A stretch of 64,000 bases of DNA from Octopus sinensis. Taxonomy: Eukaryota. A program made the position numbers and the translations under genes. Below the pieces are notes generated by a model, which made no database searches, was not told the origin of the DNA, and saw only the letters and a program-made list of their open reading frames with translations. The stretch spans positions 11,098,001 through 11,162,000 of the forward strand of contig NC_043017.1 in the NCBI RefSeq assembly GCF_006345805.1, in the 5' to 3' direction. Below are positions 52,892 through 64,000 of the stretch, piece by piece (position 1 is the first letter of the stretch; each line of letters opens with the position of its first letter).

Positions 52892-53280
52892 TTTTACTAT
52901 CTTTTACTTGTTTCAGTCATTTGACTGCGGCCATGCTGGAGCACCGCCTTTAATCGAACAACTTGACCCCAGGACTTATTCTTTGTAAGCCCCAGTACTT
53001 ATTCTATCGGTCTCTTTTGCCGAACCGCTAAGTGACGGGGACGTAAACACACCAGCATCGGTTGTCAAGCAATGCTAGGGGGACACGCACAAACACACAC
53101 ACGCATATATATATATATATACATATATATGACGAGCTTCTTTCAGTTTCCGTCTACCAAATCCACTCACAAGGCTTTGGTCGGCCCGAGGCTATAGTAG
53201 AAGACACTTGCCCAAGGTGCCATGCAGTGGGACTGAACCTGGAACCATGTGGTTGGTAAACAAGCTACTTACCACACAGT
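52892..53280 (-). mobile_element. SINE family A copy
   Basis: Near-full-length reverse complement. Confidence 0.9.
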
Positions 53281-55173
53281 TGGGTTTTTTTTTTTATTAT
53301 TATTTTTATTCTTTCTTCGTGGATTAAGACATTGCAAGTGGGAAATGCTAACTGGTTTTAGTTGGCCATCTAATAATGCAAACATGGTTGTGTGGTTAAG
53401 AAGCTGTGTAACTATGTGGTACTGAGTTCAATCCCACTGCATAGCACCTTGGGCACAGGTCTCTTTTGCTTTGGCTCTGGACTGACCAATCCTTTGTGAG
53501 TGAATTCGGTATGCAAAAACAATACGGAAGCCTGTTACATATATATGTGTATTTTTTTAAAACTCTATACATATAGAAGAGATGCTTTCTTGGGGTGAAT
53601 ATTGCAGTTTAGCAGACTTTCAGTCTACTTTAAGCATGATATACAGATTGTTATTTTGTTGCTAATAACAAACACATACACACACATGTGTGTATTTATG
53701 ATGTCTCTATGTGTGTTTGTGCTTGTCTTTCCCCTCACACTCCACTGCTTTGAAAACTTGGTTTGTTTATGTCCCTGTAACCTAGTGGTTCAACAAAAGA
53801 GAATACCAGAGTTGCAATAAAAAATATATAAGTATTGGGGTTGATCTTTTTTTTTATTCTTTTCGACTAAGACCTTCCAAAGTAGTATCCCAGCATGGCT
53901 GCTGTCCAGTGACTAAAACAAGCAAAAGATATCAGGTGAAAGATGGGCCATTGATGGTGCTTGTCTGTGAGGGCTTTTGAATTATTAAAAGTAGCAGCCA
54001 GATCTCTCAGATCCTATTGTCTTAAAAAATTAAAATACATTGGATGATGTAATCCTAGATACACTCATCATTTCAATGTCCATCTGTCCATGATTGCCTG
54101 AGCATGGATTTGTAAATCAGTAAGATGTGATTTGAGGAAGATTTAGTTGCTATTTCTAGTATGTCAAGTGACAGCATAAATGTTCCCTCTTGCTCCATAT
54201 TTCATTTGTTATTTTTACAAAGGGTTTTGGGAGGAGGAGGTTGATGGAGAAAGCGGGAGTTGATCCTACCTCTCCTTTAAAATATAACCTAACTGGTGTG
54301 TGAGTGTGTGTGTGCGCATGCGAGTGTGTGTGTATGTGCATGTTTGTATTATAAACTCTATTTTTGTTTCTGTTGTTAGGGTTGTCATTGCATAACTCCA
54401 GCTCCCCCACTGCCCAACCTTACAGTTTTCTTCTTTAGAGACCCTTGCAGATGGCAGTCGCAGACTTACTCGTATACCCCAAGTGCCCAAGTTCAGCGTT
54501 TCATTGTTCAGAGTGCAAAGACCCTGTCTGTCTGTTTGTCCCTCCTCATTGTTCCCCTTCTTTGTGGTTGTGTGTTTGTGCGGTTAGTCTCCTCCCAACA
54601 ACTTTTTACATTGTACAGTTTTATTTAAAACTGGGTTTTTTTGTTTCGTTTGCAGCCCCTCACAGCTTGCCCCTTATTTCATTCACCATGGGTGGTGTGT
54701 CCTTAAACTCTTTCCAGACCATATACTTCTCATAAAATACACACTGCCTAAGTTTTATGTTTGAAAAATCATGAAGAATTTGGAGGGATTTAATGAAAAG
54801 TTAATTTTTTGTTTTGTTTATTCTTTTATTACTTATTTTTTACTTGTGTCAGTCATTGGACAGTGGCCATGCTGGGGCACTGCCTTGAACTGTTTTGTTG
54901 AGCATATCAACCACAGTACTTACATTTTTTTTAAAGTTATGGGGACATAAACAAACCAACATCAGTTATCAAGCAGGTGTATGTGTGACAGGAGGGTGAG
55001 AGTGGACAAACACACACACACAGCCTCCATGTGACAAGGCACTTGTTCATGGTGCCATGCAGTGGCACTGAACCCTAGATCACATGGTTAGGAAGCAAGC
55101 TTCTTAACCACACAGCCATGCTTCTGTCTCTCATCTCGATCAGGAATTAGCATGAGGCTCTTGCATAAAATTA

Positions 55174-55555
55174 TACTCTTTTACTTGTTTCAGTCATTTG
55201 ACTGCAGCTATGCTTGAGCACCGCCTCTAATCGAGCAACTCGACCCCGGGACTTATTCTTTTGTAAGCCCAGTACTTATTCTATCGGTCTCTTTTGCCGA
55301 ACCTCTAAGTAACGGGGACATAAACACACCAGCATCGGTTGTCAAGCAATGCTAGAGGGACAAACACACACATGCATATATATACATATATACGACGGGC
55401 TTCTTTCAGTTTCCGTCTACCAAATCCACTCACAAGGCTTTGGTCGGCCCGAGGCTATAGTAGAAGACACTTGCCCGAGGTGCCACGCAGCGGGACTGAA
55501 CCCGGAACCATGTGGTTGGTAAACAAGCTACTTACCACACAGCCACTCCTGCGCC
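55174..55555 (-). mobile_element. SINE family A, full length
   Basis: Ends with cacagccactcctgcgcc. Confidence 0.92.
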
Positions 55556-55868
55556 TTATATTGAAGGTTTTAATTTAATTCCGAATGCATTAGAACTGAT
55601 GGTTTCAGGTCATAGGTCAAGAAGTAGTTTTTGGCAGATTTGCTGTTGAAAGAGTTGAACAGTATCAAGATCATTGAGAGATTGCCTCTGCTAGTGTTGT
55701 TCTGTCTCCTCTTTACATTAACATACATGGAGGAGGTTACTGAGGTTAAAATTCGACACTTTTGAGTGCAGCAGTTGTCTGTGCGTCCTGTGTATTTTTA
55801 TATTCTCTGTTTAGCTTCCTAGTTGTATGAAGCCAGATTTCAAATACAATGTTCTACACTAATACATA

Positions 55869-56280
55869 GGCGCAGGAGTGGCTGTGTGGTAAGTAACTTG
55901 CTTACCAACCACATGGTTCCGGGTTCAGTCCCACTGCATGGCACCTTGGGCAAGTGTCTTCTACTATAGCCTCGGGCTGACCAAAGCCTTGTGAGTGGAT
56001 TTGGTAGATGGAAACTGAAAGAAGCCCGTCGTATATATGTATATATATATGTGTGTGCGTGTATGTTTGTGTGTCTGTGTTTGTCCCCCTAGCATTGCTT
56101 GACAACCGATGCTGGTGTGTTTATGTCTCAGTTACTTACCGGTTCGGCAAAAAGAGACCGATAGAATTAAGTACTGGGCTTACAAAAGAATAAGTCCTGG
56201 GGTCGAGTTGCTCGATTAAAGGCGGTGTTCCAGCATGGCCGCAGTCAAATGACTGAAACAAGTAAAAGAGTAAAAGAGAG
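55869..56280 (+). mobile_element. SINE family A, full length
   Basis: ggcgcaggagtggctg ... gtaaaagagtaaaagagag. Confidence 0.92.
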
Positions 56281-56375
56281 ATGGCTCTTATGTCAGTTTG
56301 TGATGATTGTTTGATCAGCCGAGCTTCTTATTTGTTAAAGTGGCGGAGATATATATATATATATATATATATACT

Positions 56376-56528
56376 TTATTTTAAGCAGCAGAAAATTCAA
56401 CAAAATCTGTACTCTGAGTTTCTCGTTGCCGTTCATCATTGACAGTTTGCTAGCAAAAACTGTCTGATGAACGGCAACGAGAAACTCAGAGTAACAGATT
56501 TTGTTGAATTTTCTGCTGCTTAAAATAA
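56376..56528. repeat. Near-perfect palindrome (~75-bp arms); probable inverted Penelope-like pseudo-LTR
   Basis: Centred on tgctagca near 56451; arms differ by two small indels. Confidence 0.9.
56454..56503 (+). ncRNA. Type I hammerhead ribozyme motif
   Basis: Helix I caaaa(a)ctgt/acag(a)ttttg, core CTGATGA, helix II CG-GCAA-CG, GAAA, helix III ACT-CAG-AGT, GTA cleavage triplet; predicted cut after 56493. Confidence 0.65.
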
Positions 56529-57581
56529 GGCATATTACTCTACCACTGGTATTTGAATACTCTTTTTTCCACCTTGTTTCACATTTATGTGTTTACTCCG
56601 GTATATATATATATATATATATTGAAAGACAAGAGTTTGAAGTAGACATTTCACTCTACAGAGCAGTTGAACTTATTGGGTCTCTAGGTTTCACATAGCA
56701 GTGCTTTTGAGCCTGATCGCTAACCCTAACCCGCAAAAGAGACACACAAGCTGGATAGAATGATGTTAGAACATCTTTATTTTTTACTTATTTCAGTCAT
56801 TGGCCTGCGACCATACTGGAGCTCACTTTGAAGTGTTTAGTTGAACAAATCATTTCCATTATATATTAGAGTAAGAAGTCTGCTTCTTACTCTAATGATC
56901 TCCTTTGCCAAAAACACAAAGCTATGGGGATATAAACAAAGCTACACCAGCTGTCATGTAGTGATGGGGGAAAATGCAAACGTAAAGACGTGTGCACATG
57001 CAGGTGCACGCGCACATACACACACACAGAGTTTCTGCCTACCAAATCCACTCACAGAGATTTGGTCAGCCTGGGGCTATAGTGAAAAAAAAAAAAACAC
57101 TTGGCTAAAGTGTCATGCGGTGAGACTGAACCTGAAACACTGAGGTTGCAAAGCAAGCTTCTTAACCACTGCCAGAGAAAGCTAACTTCTGTTTCCTTAA
57201 AGTGACCTACTTTTTTTCTTTTCTTTTTTTTCTGCTTGTTGTTGCAAAACGTGTGTGATGGCATTACTTGTAAAATGTCGTTCTGTGAAAGGTGAGCTGT
57301 GATCTTATGGAAAAAGTTGAGGATCAGTGACATATGGCCCTAATCATAGTTATATCGATTGTGTGTGTGTGTGTGTGTGTGTGTGATTGTTGACTGTGTA
57401 TGACATAGTTTATTATTGATTTATTGGTTTAACATTTTAATCCTTGATATTATTTTGTTCTTTGCTTTGGTTTTGTTTGTCAAATGCATTATTTAGATGT
57501 TTTGGTAAATGGTATTGTAAGAAATTTAAAGAAAATTACGATAAGGGCGAGAGGTGGGGAAATAATATTAATATATATAAT

Positions 57582-57960
57582 TGGCGCAGGAGTGGCTGTG
57601 TGGTAAGTAGCTTGCTTACCAATCATATCGTTCCGGATTCAGTCCCACTGCGTGACACCTTGGGCAAGTGTCTTCTACTATAGCCTCGGGCCAACCAAAG
57701 CCTTGTGAGTGGATTTGGTAGACGGAAACTGAAAGAAGCCTGTCGTATATATGTGTGTGTTTGTCCCCCCTAACATCACTTGACAACCGGTGCTGATGTG
57801 TTTAGGTCCCCGTAACTTAGCGGTTCAGCAAAAAAGACCGATAGAATAAGTACTGGACTTACAAAGAATAAGCTCTGGGGTTGATTTGCTCGACTAAAGG
57901 CGGCGTTCCAGCATGGCTACAGTCAAATGACTGAAACAAGTAAAAGAGTAAAAGAGAGAG
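57582..57960 (+). mobile_element. SINE family A, full length
   Basis: ggcgcaggagtggctgtgtgg ... gtaaaagagtaaaagagag. Confidence 0.92.
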
Positions 57961-58329
57961 AGAAGAATTAACACCCCAACAGTCAAATTCTAGGTGCAAC
58001 ATCTACATAAACAGAATTATGACTGTGGAGTCTGTGTTAACATAAGCCACAGAGTTTTAAAGAATCAGAACAGAAGTCAACACTATTCCAGATCTTGAGG
58101 ATGAGTCTGAGATAATCTGGAAACACTGATGAAAATGAACTGTTTCTTACAAACTGTAATGGACTGCTATGTTGATATGAAAAAAGCTGTTTTCATATTA
58201 CATGACCCCCTCCCCTCACTCCTGCCCCTTTTTTTGTTTATATCGCTGGGCCAATGTGTCTCAGAAGTTATTCCTTTATTTAAAAGAAAACTACAAGAAA
58301 TAAAGCGCTAGCAATTGGGAATCCTGTAG

Positions 58330-58577
58330 AGGTGTGTGTGTGTGGCATATATATATATATATGTGTGTGTGTGTATGTGTGTGTGTGTGTGTGCGTATAT
58401 GTGTGTGTGTGTGTATATATATATGTGTGTGTGTATATATGTGTGTGTGTGTACATGTGTGTGTATATGTGTGTGTGTGTGTGTATATATGTGTGTGTAT
58501 GTGTGTGTATATATGTGTGTATATATGTGTGTGTATATATATATGTGTATGTGTATATATATATGTGTGTGTGTATG

Positions 58578-58609
<32 letters not shown>

Positions 58610-58655
58610 CGTATATGTATGTGTGTGTGTGTATATATATGTGTGTGTGTATATA

Positions 58656-58686
<31 letters not shown>

Positions 58687-58783
58687 ATATATGTGTGTGT
58701 ATGTGTGTGTATATATGTGTGTGTGTGTGTATATATATATGTGTATGTGTATATATATATGTGTGTGTGTATGTATATATATA

Positions 58784-58814
<31 letters not shown>

Positions 58815-58850
58815 GCATGTATATCTGTATGTATACATACATGCATATAT
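58330..58850. repeat. (TG)/(TA) compound microsatellite
   Basis: Direct inspection; explains ORFs at 58280-59146. Confidence 0.95.
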
Positions 58851-58924
58851 TTATTGCACAGTATTTAATGACCAAACACAGTTTAAACATAAATTTAGAT
58901 ATTTTTTTACAATTTGTCTTCACT

Positions 58925-58955
<31 letters not shown>

Positions 58956-59460
58956 TTATAGATATCCAAAAGAGTGGATACTTTTGGTGCAAAGAAGCTT
59001 TCATTTCTTTTTTCTTTCTTTCTTGTCTTGCTCTTCTTTCTTTAATCATTTTATCCGCAAGTAAACTCAAGTCTTTGGTTTGTTTTATCTTCTTTCGTTT
59101 CCTTTTTGTTTGTTATCAAATTTCACCCAACTTGAAAGGGGTCTGATAATGTTTTTCAGCATTTGGTTACTGAAAAGATCTTGCTTGTTTGGTTTATTTC
59201 CTTCTTCTTTTTCTTCTTTTATCTTTTCTTTCTTTCTTTGTGTGTGTGTGTAAATACTGGTTTATTCTTTCTGCAAAGTTTTTGAAAGAAATTAAGTACC
59301 ACCATCTGAGTGTGTGTAGGAGTGGTGAAGTACTTGAGGTGGCTAAGCTGTAGGTGTGTGTGTCTGTCTGTGCATATATCTGTATGTATGTTTGTATGTG
59401 TGTGTCTGTCTGTCTGTGCATATATCTGTATATATATGTATGTATTTATGTAGGTATGTA

Positions 59461-59522
<62 letters not shown>

Positions 59523-60084
59523 TACATATGAATGTATATATTTGTATGCATATGTCTACATATGTGTGTGTGTGTAGAAATTATTAGTTGCCCGTAAGTC
59601 AGGAACAAAAGCATGCTCAGCATAAGGTGGACGCCTATAACCAGTCAGTGTTACCATTGGTTTCACACCAACTATTGCCATTAAAGAATATTGACAACTT
59701 GCCCATACCATAACCAGTAATGTACTGTTTGACAATATATATATATATATATATATGATGTTAGGTCATGTACAAGTTGCACTGTTTTAAACTTCATTCT
59801 AACTGAAAAACCTGGAATGTAACTTTTATGGGTACAAAAAATTTTCTACCCTGTTTTAACTAGAAATTAGGGATTTGACTTGCTGCAAGTTTAACTTGAA
59901 AATACATTGAGCTCATACATGAATGCAATTTATACATGAATACAACTTATCTACGAGTCAATACGGTGTGTGTATGTTGTCTATATTTGCTTATTAGAGA
60001 CACCTGTATCTGCCTCACTATAACCTTTTCATCATCACCTCTTCCAATGCCTCCTCCCCTCTTAAAAGTTTTTGTCTTGCAAGT

Positions 60085-60388
60085 ACTTGGTGATCCTGCC
60101 AGTGCAGGTGCCACTTAAAAGCACCCAGGCCACACTGTAAAGTGGTTGGTGTTTGGAAGGGCATCCAGCTGTAAAAACTTTGCCAAAACTGACCTCGCCT
60201 GTGCTTGTGCCATGTAAAAAGCACCAAGTCCACTCTACTGAGTGGTTGGTGTTAGGAAGGGCATCCAGCTGTAAAAATCCTGCCAAATCAGTCACAGAAG
60301 TCCAGTGCAGGCTTCAGCCTAGCCGGCTCTTGTACCATTTCACCGATGCTAGCATGGAACATGGGTGCTAAATGATGATGATGATGAA
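60085..60388 (+). mobile_element. Repeat family C, two partial tandem copies
   Basis: ggaagggcatccagctgtaaaaa occurs twice; (GAT)n tail. Confidence 0.8.
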
Positions 60389-60804
60389 ATTCCTTTTAGG
60401 TGGAGAGGGTGATGAGGATGAAGGAAGAGTAAGTGGAGAATAGGGATTCATTTGAAATAAGTATCATGACTATTAGATACCACTCAAAGAATCACCCCCA
60501 TCATCCTAATACGTAGTCTTCCGTATTGGAATGACACTAGTTTCACTGATCATATTGCAGTACACTCTGTCAGTGTTTATCAATCTTAGATCTGAATGTC
60601 TCTGACTCACATCCTGAAACCTGATCTCTCCCATGTTTCCCTCCACTCTTTTTTCCATAGAAAATAAACCAACAGATGTACCTCTTGGTGCCCACAAAGC
60701 CTGTTAAAAATAGCAACTGGCCAAATCTCCTTCACACCTATATCCTATTAGCTTAAAAAGAAAGAAAAAAAAACACAGTCTCTGATGATACACTCTCTAG
60801 ATTC

Positions 60805-61188
60805 GTGGAGGCGCAATGGCCCAGTGGTTAGGGCAGCGGACTCGCGGTCATAACGTCGCGGTTTTGATTCCCAGACCGGGCGTTGTGAGTGTTTACTGAG
60901 CGAAAACACCTAAAGCTCCACGAGGCTCCGGCAGGGGATGGTGGTGATCCCGGCTGTACTCTTTCACCACAACTTTCTCTCACTCATACTTCCTGTTTCT
61001 GTTGTACCTGTATTTCAAAGGGCCGGCCTTGTCACTCTCTGTGTCACGCTGAATATCCCCAAGAACTACGTTAAGGGTACACGTGTCTGTGGAGTGCTCA
61101 GCCACTTACACGTTAATTTCACGAGCAGGCTGTTCCGTTGATTCGGATCAACCGGAGCCCTCGTCGTCGTAACCAACGGAGTGCTTCC
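60805..61188 (+). mobile_element. Full-length tRNA-derived SINE (family E) with 15-bp target-site duplication
   Basis: acactctctagattc at 60790-60804 and 61189-61203; tRNA-like head ggaggcgcaatggcccagtggttagggcagcggactc. Confidence 0.92.
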
Positions 61189-62665
61189 ACACTCTCTAGA
61201 TTCACTATCATCATCATCATTTCCATGTCCGCTTATCCATGCTAGCATGTGTCAGGCAGAATGTGTTGAGGTTGATTTTATTAGTGCTGGATGCCCTTCC
61301 TGTTGCCAGCCTAGACATCTTCACAGAAGACTGGAAGTGTGTGACATTGTGCATGTAACAGTGACTCTATATGATGTCAAGACACAGAGACAGACAGACA
61401 GACACACGAGGGTCTTCTTTCTGTTTTTGTCTTCCAAATTCACTCACAAGCTTGTTGCTAGCCCAAGGTGCCATGCATTGGGACTGACTCAATGTGGGAA
61501 TCAAGATAAGAGCCATGTGCCTTTGGCCAGCTAGACAACAGGTGTTGGTTTTGCTGCATCCTTATAACTTAGACGTTCAGCTAAAGGGACCAATACAATA
61601 AGTACCAGACGCACAAAAAGTACTTGGGTTGACTTTTTTGATCAAACCGTTCAGAGTAGTGCCCCAGCATGGCCGTAGTCCAATGACTGAAACAAATCAA
61701 AGACAAATGATAAAAGATTTCAGTTGCTGTCACAGAAAGAGTAAATATAGGATCTGTTATTAATATTGAGTATTTCTGTCAAAGTGTTATTACTGGCTTT
61801 AAGGCTAATTTATAATTTCCTTAAGACCATGAAATATGGCAAGTTAGTGCTGCTCTGTCTAATTTGTCAGTGAGTGTTAGATTAATTACCAGCTTTATTT
61901 CTTATGTTACATTAACGAGGCATGAGATTCAGCTCACTTTCCTGCAGGATATCTTAATGAATTGATGTCAGGCTCAGTCATGGCTGTGTGGTTAAGAAGC
62001 TTACTTTCCAACCATGTGGTCTTGGGTTCAATCCCACTGCAAGGCACCTTGGGCAAGTGTCTTCTAGTATAGCACCAAGATGACCAAAGACTTGTGGGTG
62101 AATTTTGGGGCGTGATCAACTCCCGCTGGGTCACCTCGGTGAGGATTATTTGATATTGAAATATCCAAGACATATAATGGCTCCAGAAAACATTACTGAT
62201 AATGTGAGTAGGTGCATCATAGGATAATTAATTGCAAAACTCCATGTGTGTTGATGTTCACCCATGTCTAGATATCATGTGATAGTTGTAAATGAGTGTC
62301 ACCATTGTACGAGCAATATTGGTTGTTTTTAGTTTTCTATGAAAAACCTGTCTGGCTGTGGGAAAATATTACTTCATTTGGAAACAAGTGAGGGCTGGTG
62401 ACAGGAAGGGCATCCAACTGTAGAAAACTTGCCTCAATGAATTCTACCTGAACAAGTGGACATGATGATGGTGATGGAAGATATTTATACAAGAGCATTA
62501 CCCCAATCATATGATGGATAACTTAGGAAATATATTTTACCAAGGGAGTAAAACTTCTATCATATTTGATATTCAAACAAAAAATACATATTACCTAATT
62601 ATTGTTATTATTTTAATTAAAACTATCAGGGATGTTGTCTTGAGGTTTGATGATAATAATTCTCT

Positions 62666-62812
62666 TCAAATCTCAAGAATTTTTCTTTGGATTTTCGTAC
62701 AATACAGGAATGTACTTTTCTGCTGGTCAGCAATGTTAGTCTTAATTCCAGTGTCCTTCAGCCTCTGAAGCAACAGTCTGAGGGTTGGGCCAAGTGTACT
62801 AATTACCATAGG
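62666..62812 (-). mobile_element. 3' end of a REL-endonuclease non-LTR retrotransposon (R4/Dong-like)
   Basis: PMVISTLGPTLRLLLQRLKDTGIKTNIADQQKSTFLYCTKIQRKILEI*, followed on the minus strand by a short UTR and an aataataacaataat tail. Confidence 0.75.
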
Positions 62813-62944
62813 CAAATAAAAAAGTTTTTTCTTCCCTTTATTCCCGTCTTTCTGATTAGTCCTAGATGGGTTTTTTTTTTTGTTTTTTTGTTTTTTTGCA
62901 GTCTCTTTGGTATCCACTGTATTATCATATAGCATTGCAAAGCC

Positions 62945-62974
<30 letters not shown>

Positions 62975-62975
<1 letters not shown>

Positions 62976-63420
62976 GGCTCAAATTGGCAGGATTGTTATC
63001 ATGCAAGACAAAATGCTTTGTGGCATTTCATCCATTTTTATGTTCTGAGTTCAAATTCCGGTGGGGTCAACTTTACCTTTTCTCCTTTCGAGGTTGATTA
63101 AATGAATAGCAGTTGAATATGGGGTCATGTAATCCATTTCCCCTTCCTCTAAAAAAAACAAAAAAAAACCTGCTGGCCCTGATTCAAGATTTGAAACCAT
63201 CATCATCATTATTATTAATATTAGTATTAGTAGTAGGCGATGGGCTAGCAGAATTGTTCACATACTGGGCAAAATGCTTTGTTGTATTTCATCTGTCTTT
63301 ACATTGGGAGTTCAAATTCTGTTGGGAATTGATAAAATAAGTACCAGTTGAACACTGGGGTTAATGTAATTGTCTTATCCCCTCCTCTGAAATTGCTGGC
63401 CTTGTGCCAAAATTTGAAAT
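62975..63420 (+). mobile_element. Two degenerate SINE family B copies
   Basis: ctgagttcaaattccggtggggtcaactttacc and ggagttcaaattctg...gataaaataagtaccagttg. Confidence 0.75.
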
Positions 63421-64000
63421 CATTACTATTATCATCATTATTCTTATTATTGCAGACGTAGACCATGATGTTGTTTCCTCAGATTCCAGAAATTACCTTA
63501 ACTTGTTACTCAGCTTTCCTTACATTGTGAATCAGTCGAGATCTTGTGCATTCTTTGCCCCGCCCCCACACTTCTTATCTACACACTCTATCTGCAGTCT
63601 GCCATTCACACGAGCGAGGGGATTGCTTTACAAGCAGAAACTAAATCTTGACATAGAGTACACTCTGCCATCAAAACATAACAATAACAACAACAACAAT
63701 AACAATACACTCATTGATATTTAAGCTTCTCTCTGTTCTTTACTTCAATTATTGAAAATTTAGATTGCAAAATCTAACGAGGAAATGTCACGAGAACAGA
63801 TAGCAAATGATTGATAACTTTTACTGTATTGATCTCAAAGGTCATTGATTATTATTGTTATTGTTATTATTATTGTTATTTAAAATTTTGTGTTTGTTTT
63901 GGCTTTTCATAAAGAACATTTCAAGTGGATTGACTGTTGTAGTTTTAGTTTTCATTTTTATATTTTAGTTTTGAACTACGAAAACAAAGAAAAAATTAAA

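Noticed and set aside
54266-54490. Thrombospondin-like CKVGQWGSWS motif
   Set aside because: The following cysteines are missing and there is no fitting acceptor; likely chance.
56721-56732. Telomeric repeat (TAACCC)2
   Set aside because: Two units only; expected by chance.

Overview
AT-rich, repeat-dominated eukaryotic DNA, most likely from an octopus or other coleoid cephalopod. This is inferred from the SINE families and microsatellite load, not from a database match. I could not confidently identify any protein-coding gene; most ORFs in the track are translations of microsatellites or SINEs. The window holds dozens of copies of about four tRNA-derived SINE-like families and fragments of CR1, RTE and REL-endonuclease (R4/Dong-like) LINEs. 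It also holds TTAA-flanked piggyBac-type MITEs, several long palindromes or foldbacks, a near-identical 532-bp inverted local duplication, and a degenerate ~95-bp tandem array. Two promoter-like regions lie at ~9.7-10.8 kb and ~23.9-24.3 kb, and there are a few weak candidate exons. The most interesting signals are two hammerhead-ribozyme motifs of the kind associated with Penelope-like elements (56454-56503 and 49526-49560). No CRISPR array, rRNA or bona fide tRNA gene was found. SINE, LINE and microsatellite boundaries are approximate (about +/-10-20 nt).
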